Sequence record: NC_049462.1
Origin: Klebsiella phage Magnus
DNA: 64,000 nucleotides
Direction: 5' to 3' (one strand)
Shown here: positions 28,668-37,884 of the stretch, in pieces
How positions within the stretch are numbered: position 1 is the first letter of the stretch
Layout of the letters: each line of letters opens with the position of its first letter
Position numbers and translations under genes: made by a program
The notes under the pieces: model-generated
Database searches by the model: none
Seen by the model: the letters and a program-made list of their open reading frames with translations, nothing else
What the model was told of the DNA's origin: nothing

Positions 28668-31550
28668 ATGGCTAATAAACCCACGAAACCAAATTTTCCG
28701 CTTGGGCTTGAATCACAAGAACAATCCGTATTTCAAGAAGGTATTCTGAATAATGGTGTTGTAGAACATGGCCCAGATGCGGTAATGACTGTGCCAGAAA
28801 CCCCTGATGCTTCTGGGGTTCCTTCTGCTGTCCGTTACAACGAAGACGACGATCAATTCGAAGGCTATTACAACGAAGGCGGCTGGTTGCCGCTTGGCGG
28901 GGGTAACGGGGGTCGTTGGGAAGCGCTCCCGCATGCTTCCTCTTCCTTATTGCAAGCTGGGCGTGCATATCTGGTGGATAACACAGACGGCATCTCTACG
29001 GTGCTGTTCCCTTCCCCTAAACGTATTGGTGACAGTGTTACTGTCTGCGACCTTTATGGTAAATTCTCTACATACCCTCTGACTGTTGACGGTAACGGTA
29101 AATCGATCTATGGCTCTGCTGATAGCATGACGATTTCTACCGATAATGTCAGTGCGACTTTCACATGGACTGGTGAAGCCCGTGGCTGGGTTATTACATC
29201 AGGCGTCGGTCTGGGACAAGGTCGAGTTTACAGCCGCGAAATCTATAGCCAAGTTCTGTCTGCTGAAACATCTTCTATCACCCTCAGCACTCAGCCGACG
29301 ATTGTAGATGTTTATGCAGATGGGAAACGTCTGAAAGAATCCCTGTATACTCTTGACGGTTATGATGTCAAATTCGACCCGGCGTTGGCCTCTGGTTCTG
29401 ATGTGCAGATTATTCAGTATATCCCAATTCAGCTTGGCGCGGGCGGCGGGGGTTCTGGTGGTACTGTAATCACCTGGGAATACAACGGCGGCGCGGCAGT
29501 CGGCGGCGAGACTCAAATCGTTCTGGACGTAGTCGTTGATTCCGTTTCCGAGATCTATATCCGTGGGCAGCGTCAACAGATCGGTCGCGGGTTCACTTTT
29601 GATGCAGAGACCAGTACAATCACGCTTGCTGATGAATTGGAAACTGGCGATGATGTCGTCGTTATTATTAATGGCGATCCAACGGTCTATAACCAGATTG
29701 ATCGTACTCCTTGGGAAGTGGCTCGTGCAAATAATGTGAGAAATGATGAAGTCATACTCAGCACCGACAAGCAAACCGTGTTGGACGGTAAAACCGTTCT
29801 CTATGACGTGGCAACTCAGACTAGCTGGATGATACCAGATGGTATACCATCCGGTTCTAAAATAGTTTCTGTGTCTCTTGGTATCCTTTCTGTTACTGCT
29901 GGGTTATCATATAATTTAATTAAAATATTTGAGAAAGGTTTAGTGCCTTATAATTCGGTTTATTTCGAAGATAACTCAACTTTAAAATCTTACATAGAAT
30001 TCAAAACCCCAGAAAGTTTTGGCGCTTTTGGTGACGGAATCCATGATGATTCCACATCATTACAAAACGCTTTGAATTGGTTGACGCAAAAGGCATATAG
30101 AAAATTAGTTTTTAACCCAGGGAAGGTTTACTTTCACACGGTTCCATTGACCGCCACATTTTCTGGGGCATCTAGTGTGGGTTGTTCTTTAATTATGGAA
30201 GGTGTGTTGTACCCATCACCAGACGTAGGTGACGCCCTCACTATAACAGAATCGATGTATTGTGAATTTAAATTAAAAGTGAAGGGTGATGGTTACAATA
30301 TATCTACGTTGCCAGATTATTCACAAGCAGACCCCGTCGGTTGTCAGCAAGCATTCGTTATTAATTCTTGCCGAGGCTGTAAAGTGGAAGTTTTTGGTTA
30401 TAGTTACGGTGGTAGGGTCATCAGGACCAAAGGGACCGGCGTTACTAAAATGTCCTTTATCGACTTATCAATAAAAACCGGTGAAGGAAGTTGTGGGCAA
30501 GCGGCCTATTTGCAAGCTACTTCAGATGCGTATGGGCGTATTACTCATGCACAAACTCAATGGGATTATTACGGAATTGTTTTAGATAAGTTGACGGATG
30601 TCACAATCAGTTATTGGGAATATGGAAATAAAAATTCTGCTGTTCCTGCAATGCTTATTAATGACTGCGGAAGTTTGGATGCTTCTAATGTTACTGGCGG
30701 TTCAACATGGGATTCTGATACTTCCACAACTTTAAAAATCGTTGGAGGACAAGGAATACATTTCTCTCGTTTGCAAGTTGGAGAAGCATATCACGGGCTT
30801 GTGATAGAAGGATCAGGCACGGTGGATGATAAGCCTACGGTGACAGTAGATTATGTTTTGAGCTACAAAACTAATGTTTCCGTAACTCTTGTTAATACGA
30901 CGGGGGTGAATATAAAATCAGGGTTGTGTGACAATACGTACCATGGGGTTGTTTACCAAGGAAATATCTATAACTGTAAAGTAAATTTAGATGGAAGAAA
31001 TAATTTTACTGATATGCATTATGCTCCGGTAGGCACAAATATAAATTCTTTGGACATAGGTGGTGGACTGTATTCAGAATTGTCTACACATTTCGTTAAC
31101 ATGCTTAATGCCGTTGTCAAACAGTTAGGTGTTTACAACACTAATGTTGTGACATTAGGTCGTTATTTATTCCTCCCATCTGATAACGGTTGTGTCGTTA
31201 TAGGTGGGAAATGGTCAGGAAGTTCGCAAGTAAGCCCTATCGATTATAGGCCCAAACATATATCTAACGTGTTTGGTGTTAATACCAAATTTCTAAGCGC
31301 AGGTACGGTGTTTCTTGCTGGCACTAGTCAGGGTGCCACTAAAACTATCAATCATGGGCTTTGGGCCACCCCGTATGAAGTGAGTATTGTGCCATATAAT
31401 GTTAATGCTGGTAGTACGTTTTCTTCAGGAAACATAGTTATAAAAAGTTTGACATCTTCTGAAATAGTTTTGATGTATACTGGTTCTTCTCCTTTAACTG
31501 GGGATATCTATCTATTAGTCAATATAAGTTGTGAAACAAGAGTTTCATAA
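28668..31550 (+). CDS. tailspike/branched-fiber protein (960 aa): GC-normal N-terminal attachment region plus AT-rich C-terminal receptor-binding/enzymatic module
   Basis: Gly-rich linker 'LGAGGGGSGGT'. Composition switches sharply near 29840. Repeated Gly-rich and short beta-strand segments in the C-terminal part suggest a beta-helix, by eye only. Confidence 0.6.
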   Translation: MANKPTKPNFPLGLESQEQSVFQEGILNNGVVEHGPDAVMTVPETPDASGVPSAVRYNEDDDQFEGYYNEGGWLPLGGGNGGRWEALPHASSSLLQAGRAYLVDNTDGISTVLFPSPKRIGDSVTVCDLYGKFSTYPLTVDGNGKSIYGSADSMTISTDNVSATFTWTGEARGWVITSGVGLGQGRVYSREIYSQVLSAETSSITLSTQPTIVDVYADGKRLKESLYTLDGYDVKFDPALASGSDVQIIQYIPIQLGAGGGGSGGTVITWEYNGGAAVGGETQIVLDVVVDSVSEIYIRGQRQQIGRGFTFDAETSTITLADELETGDDVVVIINGDPTVYNQIDRTPWEVARANNVRNDEVILSTDKQTVLDGKTVLYDVATQTSWMIPDGIPSGSKIVSVSLGILSVTAGLSYNLIKIFEKGLVPYNSVYFEDNSTLKSYIEFKTPESFGAFGDGIHDDSTSLQNALNWLTQKAYRKLVFNPGKVYFHTVPLTATFSGASSVGCSLIMEGVLYPSPDVGDALTITESMYCEFKLKVKGDGYNISTLPDYSQADPVGCQQAFVINSCRGCKVEVFGYSYGGRVIRTKGTGVTKMSFIDLSIKTGEGSCGQAAYLQATSDAYGRITHAQTQWDYYGIVLDKLTDVTISYWEYGNKNSAVPAMLINDCGSLDASNVTGGSTWDSDTSTTLKIVGGQGIHFSRLQVGEAYHGLVIEGSGTVDDKPTVTVDYVLSYKTNVSVTLVNTTGVNIKSGLCDNTYHGVVYQGNIYNCKVNLDGRNNFTDMHYAPVGTNINSLDIGGGLYSELSTHFVNMLNAVVKQLGVYNTNVVTLGRYLFLPSDNGCVVIGGKWSGSSQVSPIDYRPKHISNVFGVNTKFLSAGTVFLAGTSQGATKTINHGLWATPYEVSIVPYNVNAGSTFSSGNIVIKSLTSSEIVLMYTGSSPLTGDIYLLVNISCETRVS

Positions 31551-31556
31551 CAACGA

Positions 31557-31564
31557 CTAAATAC
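31557..31564 (+). promoter_or_regulatory. late-promoter-like motif CTAAATAC plus hairpin CCCCATA...TATGGGG (31564-31590) plus leader TATTTTCAAATGGC
   Basis: Duplicate of the 28625 leader module. Confidence 0.45.
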
Positions 31565-31598
31565 CCCATATTGGTAACGCCTTATGGGGTATTTTCAA

Positions 31599-33596
31599 AT
31601 GGCCAGAAACGTAGAAGAAATCTTCGGTGGGGTAGTCGTTGCACCTCATCAGATCCCGTTCACATACACTTCAACCAACGGTGGAGAAACTTTCATTTCT
31701 CTGCCGTTTTATCCTATCACCGGGTTTGTTACTATCAACTCTGGGGTACAGGTTCCAATTGATAATTTCGAAATCGATGGGAATACATTAAACCTTGGCC
31801 GCGAACTGGAACCAGGGGATGTCGTATTCTGTTTGTTCGATAAAATAATGTCTCCTCAGGATGCAAGTAACCACGCCATTCTAATCTATAAATTTCTTTC
31901 AATAGGAGGTGAAACGGAATTTACTCCTGATTTTACTGCTTATGGGGTTCAATCGCTTTATGTTGATGGGAAATACCAGGTTCCTGGTGAAGATTACAAT
32001 TATTATAAAACTACAGGAAAGGTAATATTTGACAACCCTCTGGCTTCAAACGTTTGGGTCGTCGCAGAGATGAATATAAAGCAGAACGTTCCAGCGTTGG
32101 CGGGTAATAATGGCGCGTCTCAAATAGGGACTGAAACAGGGAAAACCGTCCAAGAAGAATTAGATTACATAGATAATCATATTGAAGAAACTAAAATTAA
32201 AGCAGCTGACCCAGACTACATCATTAACCCACCGGTTGCTTCTATAAAATTCGGGGATGACGATAAAAATGCCCAGCTTGACGTTGATGTTCGCGGCAAA
32301 TTGAGTGTCAGCGTACACACCAATGGTATGCCTATGGCGGAAAGGGTCCATATTCCATACAGTGAGACGACAGGATTTTACAAAGGTCCTTTCCCGGACA
32401 CTATAGTGAAATTTCCTACTTCTGATGAACCGGATGACTTTAAATCTCATGGGTTCTTGTTGTCTTTTGACACAAAAAGAAATCGTCCAAGACTTTTACT
32501 TTTATCCCCATATTCCACCTCGCAACATGGATTTGTCACCCCAGTTAGAACTTGGGGTAATCCATTATTACCAGAAATGGCGGATATAAATTCTATTGGT
32601 AAATCTCTATCTAATAGTTATGACCAATATTTTACTTTGGACAGTAATAACAAAAACTATTTCAAATTAGCATCTATTTCTAATGGTGCTAATCTCCCAG
32701 GCGCATTTTTGTCCTGTATATTGAATATAGGTGATTACACTACCAAGAAACGGGCAGTTTATTCATTAAACGTCCAAACCCCTGATTTTGCTGCTGCATT
32801 GAATGTTAATTCAATAATGGATATGGTCAAATTAACATGCATAGATGGATCTAATGGTCTGACCAGTGTCGCAGCTTCCACTACTCCGACAGTAGATTCA
32901 TTAGTCGTTGGATTGGTCAAAACTGCTACTGGTTTTGACGTATGGCTTTCTCTACCAGCACACAGTACATATTTTTCTTGTAACGTTATAAATAGCGGTA
33001 GTGAAGATTTAATCACGTTTGACTGGTCTATTTTGAAAAGCAATTTAGGGTTATCTTCTCTTGCGGGTAGCCCGGCGGCGGGAACTGTTTGGGCACCAGT
33101 TGACGTTGTGCTTGATAGCCGCAGGACGGTTCCTTTAAATGATGGTTCCCTTTTTAATGTTCCCGTTGGTTATATGATGCTGCGGTTGCATGCTAATGGC
33201 ACCACAGTAGCTTTAGATCCTAGGTTTCAATGGATAAGTTCATTTTGCCGAAGAAGCGTTATAGATTCAGCGACTTCAACGGTTAGTACCGTGAATTGTA
33301 CTATATCTTCTCATGTATTTACGGTCACTGGTTGTGATTTAGCCACATCACAGCCCGTTTATATAACAAAACCAAAATCTCTTACGAACCAAGGGGATTT
33401 GCGTGTTCAGATAACAAATATAGACACAACCAACCATTCTTTTAAAGTTACGGTTGTGGAAAGAACTTTGAATGCAGTTACTACTGCAACGACGAATGGT
33501 GGGGTTACGACTTACAGTACCGTGTTAAATGAAGTTTTAACTCCAATCGATCCGCCTGCTGATACTTGGATCGACGTTTTGGTCAAACTGGTTTAA
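31599..33596 (+). CDS. tailspike/fiber protein (665 aa)
   Basis: Start at MARNVEEIF (ATG 31599) directly after the conserved leader; AT-rich body. Confidence 0.55.
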   Translation: MARNVEEIFGGVVVAPHQIPFTYTSTNGGETFISLPFYPITGFVTINSGVQVPIDNFEIDGNTLNLGRELEPGDVVFCLFDKIMSPQDASNHAILIYKFLSIGGETEFTPDFTAYGVQSLYVDGKYQVPGEDYNYYKTTGKVIFDNPLASNVWVVAEMNIKQNVPALAGNNGASQIGTETGKTVQEELDYIDNHIEETKIKAADPDYIINPPVASIKFGDDDKNAQLDVDVRGKLSVSVHTNGMPMAERVHIPYSETTGFYKGPFPDTIVKFPTSDEPDDFKSHGFLLSFDTKRNRPRLLLLSPYSTSQHGFVTPVRTWGNPLLPEMADINSIGKSLSNSYDQYFTLDSNNKNYFKLASISNGANLPGAFLSCILNIGDYTTKKRAVYSLNVQTPDFAAALNVNSIMDMVKLTCIDGSNGLTSVAASTTPTVDSLVVGLVKTATGFDVWLSLPAHSTYFSCNVINSGSEDLITFDWSILKSNLGLSSLAGSPAAGTVWAPVDVVLDSRRTVPLNDGSLFNVPVGYMMLRLHANGTTVALDPRFQWISSFCRRSVIDSATSTVSTVNCTISSHVFTVTGCDLATSQPVYITKPKSLTNQGDLRVQITNIDTTNHSFKVTVVERTLNAVTTATTNGGVTTYSTVLNEVLTPIDPPADTWIDVLVKLV

Positions 33597-33608
33597 GGGG
33601 AAAATTAA

Positions 33609-35255
33609 ATGAACAATTATTACATAGATCCGTCCTTTGCAGGGGCATCTGATGGAACCATAAACGCCCCTTTCAAATCTTTTAGTGCAATGTTGGCTGC
33701 AGGGATAACCCATCCCTGCACTATTGGCCTGAAAAGAGGGACGGTTCTCGTTGAGAACGTTTTGGCTGGTTCCGCATTAAAGAATACAACAAACCAATAT
33801 TCATACATAACGGATTATGGTGACAAGAAATTACCCAAACCGGTTTGGATAAACTCAACTGTGTGGGGATCACAAGAATCAGGATACACGTATACTGGAC
33901 AACATTTGACTTCAAGAAATACCAGAAATTTAATAATTTCGAATATCAATTTTTCTATGAGGTCATATGATATTTATAAACCTATCACGGGCGCTTTGCC
34001 TATAGAAACTATTTGGTTGCGGTTAGAAATTCTTAATGACAGCACAGAGCCTACAATTGACGCGAATGTATGGGTGCAGGATTGTAAATTCTCTGCGGCT
34101 GTTATTGAAGGAACTGCCCGTAGGCGTAACTATGAAGCGGTCGTTCACATTATAGTGACTTCCAATGGTGCTTATCGGGCTGATAAATTTGGCGTAAAAG
34201 GTTGTAATTTCGTTGGAGTAAGCAGGGCGATTACGTGTACAGGAAATCATTCTTATGCCGCTGATACAACTGACAACAGTCAAGGAACTTTGTATTCCAG
34301 AGGCGTGCAGGTAGAAAATTGTTCTTTCGTCAGGAATGGGCGTGGTGCTGTTTTATTCCAAGGCGTGGAAAGTGCATTGAGCGCCGAGACACCAGATGTT
34401 TTACAATCCTATATGGCCAATTGCAATTATAGTCGGTATCGTTGGGATTCTATGAATGACAACGATACTGCCCAATCTGCTGATGCTGCTTTCTGGACTT
34501 GGCGTTGCAATCGTATATTGATTGAAAGAATATATGGTGGGGGAAGTTATTCTTTAAATCTTGACTGTGAATTATTAGATTTCGATTATATGACATGGGA
34601 TTCAGTAGCCCGTCATTGTGTATCTTTTCATAATTCTGCTATATTGTTGTCGATGGGGGCTAGTAGTTTGACTTCCCAAGGAGCAGCTCGCGCTCCATAC
34701 AACTCTGGATTATATACTGTAGACCAGTATTTTTATGTTCGGAGAAATGGTCAAGGGAATAATGTTATCAAAGAGTGTGTGTCTTACAATGACGGTGTAG
34801 ATTTAGGAAATGCTGCATTTACCCCTTACGCTGGGTTTATCAAAACTGGTGGCGGGGCTGGTACATATAACTTGACAGTACAAAATTGCTTGTGTATAGA
34901 CACTGTGTCAAGATTTTCTAAGCCATTGATCACAACTTTACCTTTGATGTCCACCCCAGGACTTGAAAAAGTGAAATTAATCAATAATGTGTTCATTTTC
35001 CCGTATCTGGCTAAAGCATCGTTGTTGCCAACAATATCAGCGAGTCAAGAAGTTGCCGGGACAAGGATAGAGTCTAATAGATTTTATTGTGTTCCTTTGG
35101 ATCTTACTTCTATAAATGAAAATTTATCCCAAGGTTCCAATGTCATTAACGCGACATTTGGATATCCTAACAGCTTAGTAAATATTCCTAGACAAGTTCC
35201 GCCGAGTTTAGAAGAATCTCTTGGATTACTCAAAACTCTTGGCTTAATGTCATAA
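33609..35255 (+). CDS. right-handed beta-helix (pectate-lyase-fold) tailspike/depolymerase-like protein (548 aa) without the N-terminal anchor domain
   Basis: Repetitive beta-helix rungs 'VKGCNFVGVSRAITCTGNHS...VQVENCSFVRNGRGAVLF'; starts directly in the beta-helix region. Confidence 0.55.
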   Translation: MNNYYIDPSFAGASDGTINAPFKSFSAMLAAGITHPCTIGLKRGTVLVENVLAGSALKNTTNQYSYITDYGDKKLPKPVWINSTVWGSQESGYTYTGQHLTSRNTRNLIISNINFSMRSYDIYKPITGALPIETIWLRLEILNDSTEPTIDANVWVQDCKFSAAVIEGTARRRNYEAVVHIIVTSNGAYRADKFGVKGCNFVGVSRAITCTGNHSYAADTTDNSQGTLYSRGVQVENCSFVRNGRGAVLFQGVESALSAETPDVLQSYMANCNYSRYRWDSMNDNDTAQSADAAFWTWRCNRILIERIYGGGSYSLNLDCELLDFDYMTWDSVARHCVSFHNSAILLSMGASSLTSQGAARAPYNSGLYTVDQYFYVRRNGQGNNVIKECVSYNDGVDLGNAAFTPYAGFIKTGGGAGTYNLTVQNCLCIDTVSRFSKPLITTLPLMSTPGLEKVKLINNVFIFPYLAKASLLPTISASQEVAGTRIESNRFYCVPLDLTSINENLSQGSNVINATFGYPNSLVNIPRQVPPSLEESLGLLKTLGLMS

Positions 35256-35268
35256 TTGGAGAACTATC

Positions 35269-35550
35269 ATGTCATTTTCTCAAACAACTGTGCAACAAGT
35301 AACTAAAACTTTACCAGATGGTACAGTCATTGGTGTGGAATCTGTGGAAGTATCCATTCAGTATATGGTGAAGTCTGTGCAAGTGACAGCAACTTCTACT
35401 GATGCTGACCTGTATTACAGTTATGACGATGGATTATCTTGGCAAATGATGGGAAAATACCCCGTCACCCTGGATTTAACGCAAGGCGTTCCATTGCTGG
35501 AACAAGCAGAAGAACAAATCAAAAATTTGGAAGCATTTTCTACGAAATAG
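35269..35550 (+). CDS. small protein (93 aa), possible fiber-assembly/accessory protein
   Basis: ORF with a GGAGA RBS, wedged between tailspike genes. Confidence 0.45.
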   Translation: MSFSQTTVQQVTKTLPDGTVIGVESVEVSIQYMVKSVQVTATSTDADLYYSYDDGLSWQMMGKYPVTLDLTQGVPLLEQAEEQIKNLEAFSTK

Positions 35551-35594
35551 TTTGTTATCCGAAGTAACTAAAGAAAAACAACAGGAGATTCATC

Positions 35595-37577
35595 ATGAAT
35601 CCGCAATTTAGTCAGGCCGGTGGTTCCGTCTCTAAAGACGTGAACAAACAATCTATCGCACGTGTATACGGCGTTAAAATGAGCGAAGTGGCTTATTTGA
35701 AAGCCGGATTAGTATTGAATGGTTATAAGGTGTTGTTTGATAAAACAACCCAAACTTGTTGGAAAAGTGGCAACGCTACAGGTACATCGATTTCCTGGCA
35801 AGTCTCTGGTAGCTCTCTGAACTTAGTAACTACTACTGGCTCGTATGTACTACCCCTTTTTGACATACTTGCAAACCTTGGTTCAGGCGAGGGACTTCTT
35901 CACATAGGAAGTGTAGCTACCATTGCTCAATTATCCACAGTCTCCCCCGTAACGGTAGGTCAGCGCATACAAGTTACCGAATATGCTTTAGGTTATGTAG
36001 TAGGTGGTGGTAACTTTATTGTACAAAAGTCATCTGATTATACGGTTGACGGTGGGAAGGTAGTGGCATCCGCAACGTCGGGGTTGGTCTTCGTACGTGA
36101 GGAATACTATGCGTCCCGCACTGTTAAGCCCGAATGGTACGGTTGTCGTGGTAAAGGCTCGGCCATACCCGACACAGTTCCGTTTAAAACGATGCTCGGT
36201 GCTCTTGTTAATGGCGACTACATCAGATTGATGGCCAATGCTGTTTATTACAATAGCTTTCCCAATAATTCGCAGGCAACAGATGGGTGGACAATAACCG
36301 CCGATAATATCACATTAGACGGTGTGGGCGGCGCCACCCTGTCCCGCGCAACACCTTCATCAGCAAGCTACTCTGGTTTTACCACGCTCAAGATTGCCGG
36401 CAGTAAAAACCCGAGACTGGTGGGGTCACTGCTCATCACCTCTGATGACCCCACCAACAGGCCTTTATACGCATACCAAAGTTTGACCAAAATCGACTCA
36501 AGGGAGATTTTCACATCTCCCTTGGCCAATACGCTAGGCCTGTGGGCGTCTGGCGTTGATGGCCTTTATATCGATAAATCGGTAATACTGGAAAGAGCTG
36601 TCTTCCCTTACTTCGCCAATAACGGCACAAAGAACAAAAAGGTGTTCTGCACTGCCAGAAAATCAGGTCAGATTTACCCGCAGCCGACGTCAGCAAGTTC
36701 AGATTTGGCACTCGGTAGTACCTTTAAGCTGGATGCGTGTTCCGACTTTATCATGGAGGTTGTTGCCAACGATTCGGCATATGCAGGCATTGAGTCTGAG
36801 AGTAACAACGTCAATGGCAGCATAACCCTAGTAACCAATAGGGCGTACCATGCCGGACTCCATTTATGGAACAGATGTAAGAACATTACTTACAAGGTCT
36901 CCGCGACGGATATCGTTGAGGGCGGTGGCGTTATTACAGGGTATGGTTGCGAGGCATGTAGCGGTGACGTTACAGCCTATAACGCACAATACGTCGCGGC
37001 ATTCATAGGAAATTCCGCAACAACCCCCGTTATAAGCTGTAACGTAAAAGGCTCTGGGTATGGCGTGACTGATGCTGTTGTATTCTATACAACAGCTGCG
37101 AATAATGCCTATATCCAGCACTGTAACGTGGATATTACTGCCGTGCACGCTGATGTATTCTCCATCGGCACTGGCCGACAATCAGCTATCAAGTTCAATG
37201 GTGGGCAGTACTGTGACATCAAAGTAAATGCCAAAGATTTTGACTACATATTTTCACTTGGCATGGGGGCAAATAACAAATTTAATGTTGCATATAATGC
37301 ATTCAATACAGCGTTCTCGTACTCAGATCAACGATCTTTTGACAATGAGTATAAATACACTGACCCTGCTGGCAGTGTGTACCATTTGCAGGCAAAGGGA
37401 AGTTCTTATGAGTACAGGTCAGATGCTGTCACTAACCCGGTTCTTGGGTATAAGGCACTGCTAAGAAAGCAGATAGTTACAGATGGGTTTGTTAATCCGA
37501 ACCTGCCACAAACAACTGCATCGGTGGGTGGTTTTTACTATGACCCAACCACGAAATATGTAAGGGTTAATCTGTAA
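35595..37577 (+). CDS. tailspike protein (660 aa) with a conserved N-terminal anchor domain
   Basis: The N-terminus 'MNPQFSQAGGSVSKDVNKQSIARVYGVKMSEVAYL' is homologous to the N-terminus of the 37885 gene. Confidence 0.6.
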   Translation: MNPQFSQAGGSVSKDVNKQSIARVYGVKMSEVAYLKAGLVLNGYKVLFDKTTQTCWKSGNATGTSISWQVSGSSLNLVTTTGSYVLPLFDILANLGSGEGLLHIGSVATIAQLSTVSPVTVGQRIQVTEYALGYVVGGGNFIVQKSSDYTVDGGKVVASATSGLVFVREEYYASRTVKPEWYGCRGKGSAIPDTVPFKTMLGALVNGDYIRLMANAVYYNSFPNNSQATDGWTITADNITLDGVGGATLSRATPSSASYSGFTTLKIAGSKNPRLVGSLLITSDDPTNRPLYAYQSLTKIDSREIFTSPLANTLGLWASGVDGLYIDKSVILERAVFPYFANNGTKNKKVFCTARKSGQIYPQPTSASSDLALGSTFKLDACSDFIMEVVANDSAYAGIESESNNVNGSITLVTNRAYHAGLHLWNRCKNITYKVSATDIVEGGGVITGYGCEACSGDVTAYNAQYVAAFIGNSATTPVISCNVKGSGYGVTDAVVFYTTAANNAYIQHCNVDITAVHADVFSIGTGRQSAIKFNGGQYCDIKVNAKDFDYIFSLGMGANNKFNVAYNAFNTAFSYSDQRSFDNEYKYTDPAGSVYHLQAKGSSYEYRSDAVTNPVLGYKALLRKQIVTDGFVNPNLPQTTASVGGFYYDPTTKYVRVNL

Positions 37578-37587
37578 AGGTGAAATT

Positions 37588-37737
37588 ATGGTTGAACTTG
37601 ATGAGATGTTTAGTAACCGTGCAGTGGTTGCACAGGCTCTTTCGGAGGCTCAGGAGATGGCCGTCCAGACTGATGATGGAAACGGGGGGGAACTTACCCT
37701 GGAAGACCAAATAGCATTTGCACAAGCTCAGGAGTAG
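37588..37737 (+). CDS. small acidic protein (49 aa)
   Basis: Hand-translated 'MVELDEMFSNRAVVAQALSEAQEMAVQTDDGNGGELTLEDQIAFAQAQE' with an AAGGTGA RBS. Confidence 0.3.
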   Translation: MVELDEMFSNRAVVAQALSEAQEMAVQTDDGNGGELTLEDQIAFAQAQE

Positions 37738-37802
37738 GTATTCTGACAGCTTATAACTGGTGATGGTAATCCTGTTCTAAGGATATCACTGCAATGGTTT
37801 AA

Positions 37803-37831
37803 ACAAAGCCTCTTCGGGGGCTTTTCTTTTG
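37803..37831 (+). terminator. Rho-independent terminator
   Basis: AAAGCCTC-TTCG-GGGGCTTT followed by TCTTTTG. Confidence 0.55.
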
Positions 37832-37837
37832 AACAAA

Positions 37838-37845
37838 CTAAATAC
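37838..37845 (+). promoter_or_regulatory. late-promoter-like motif CTAAATAC
   Basis: 40 nt upstream of ATG 37885. Confidence 0.4.
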
Positions 37846-37884
37846 AAGGAGACATTGTTAGAAAAACAACATGAGGAACCACCC

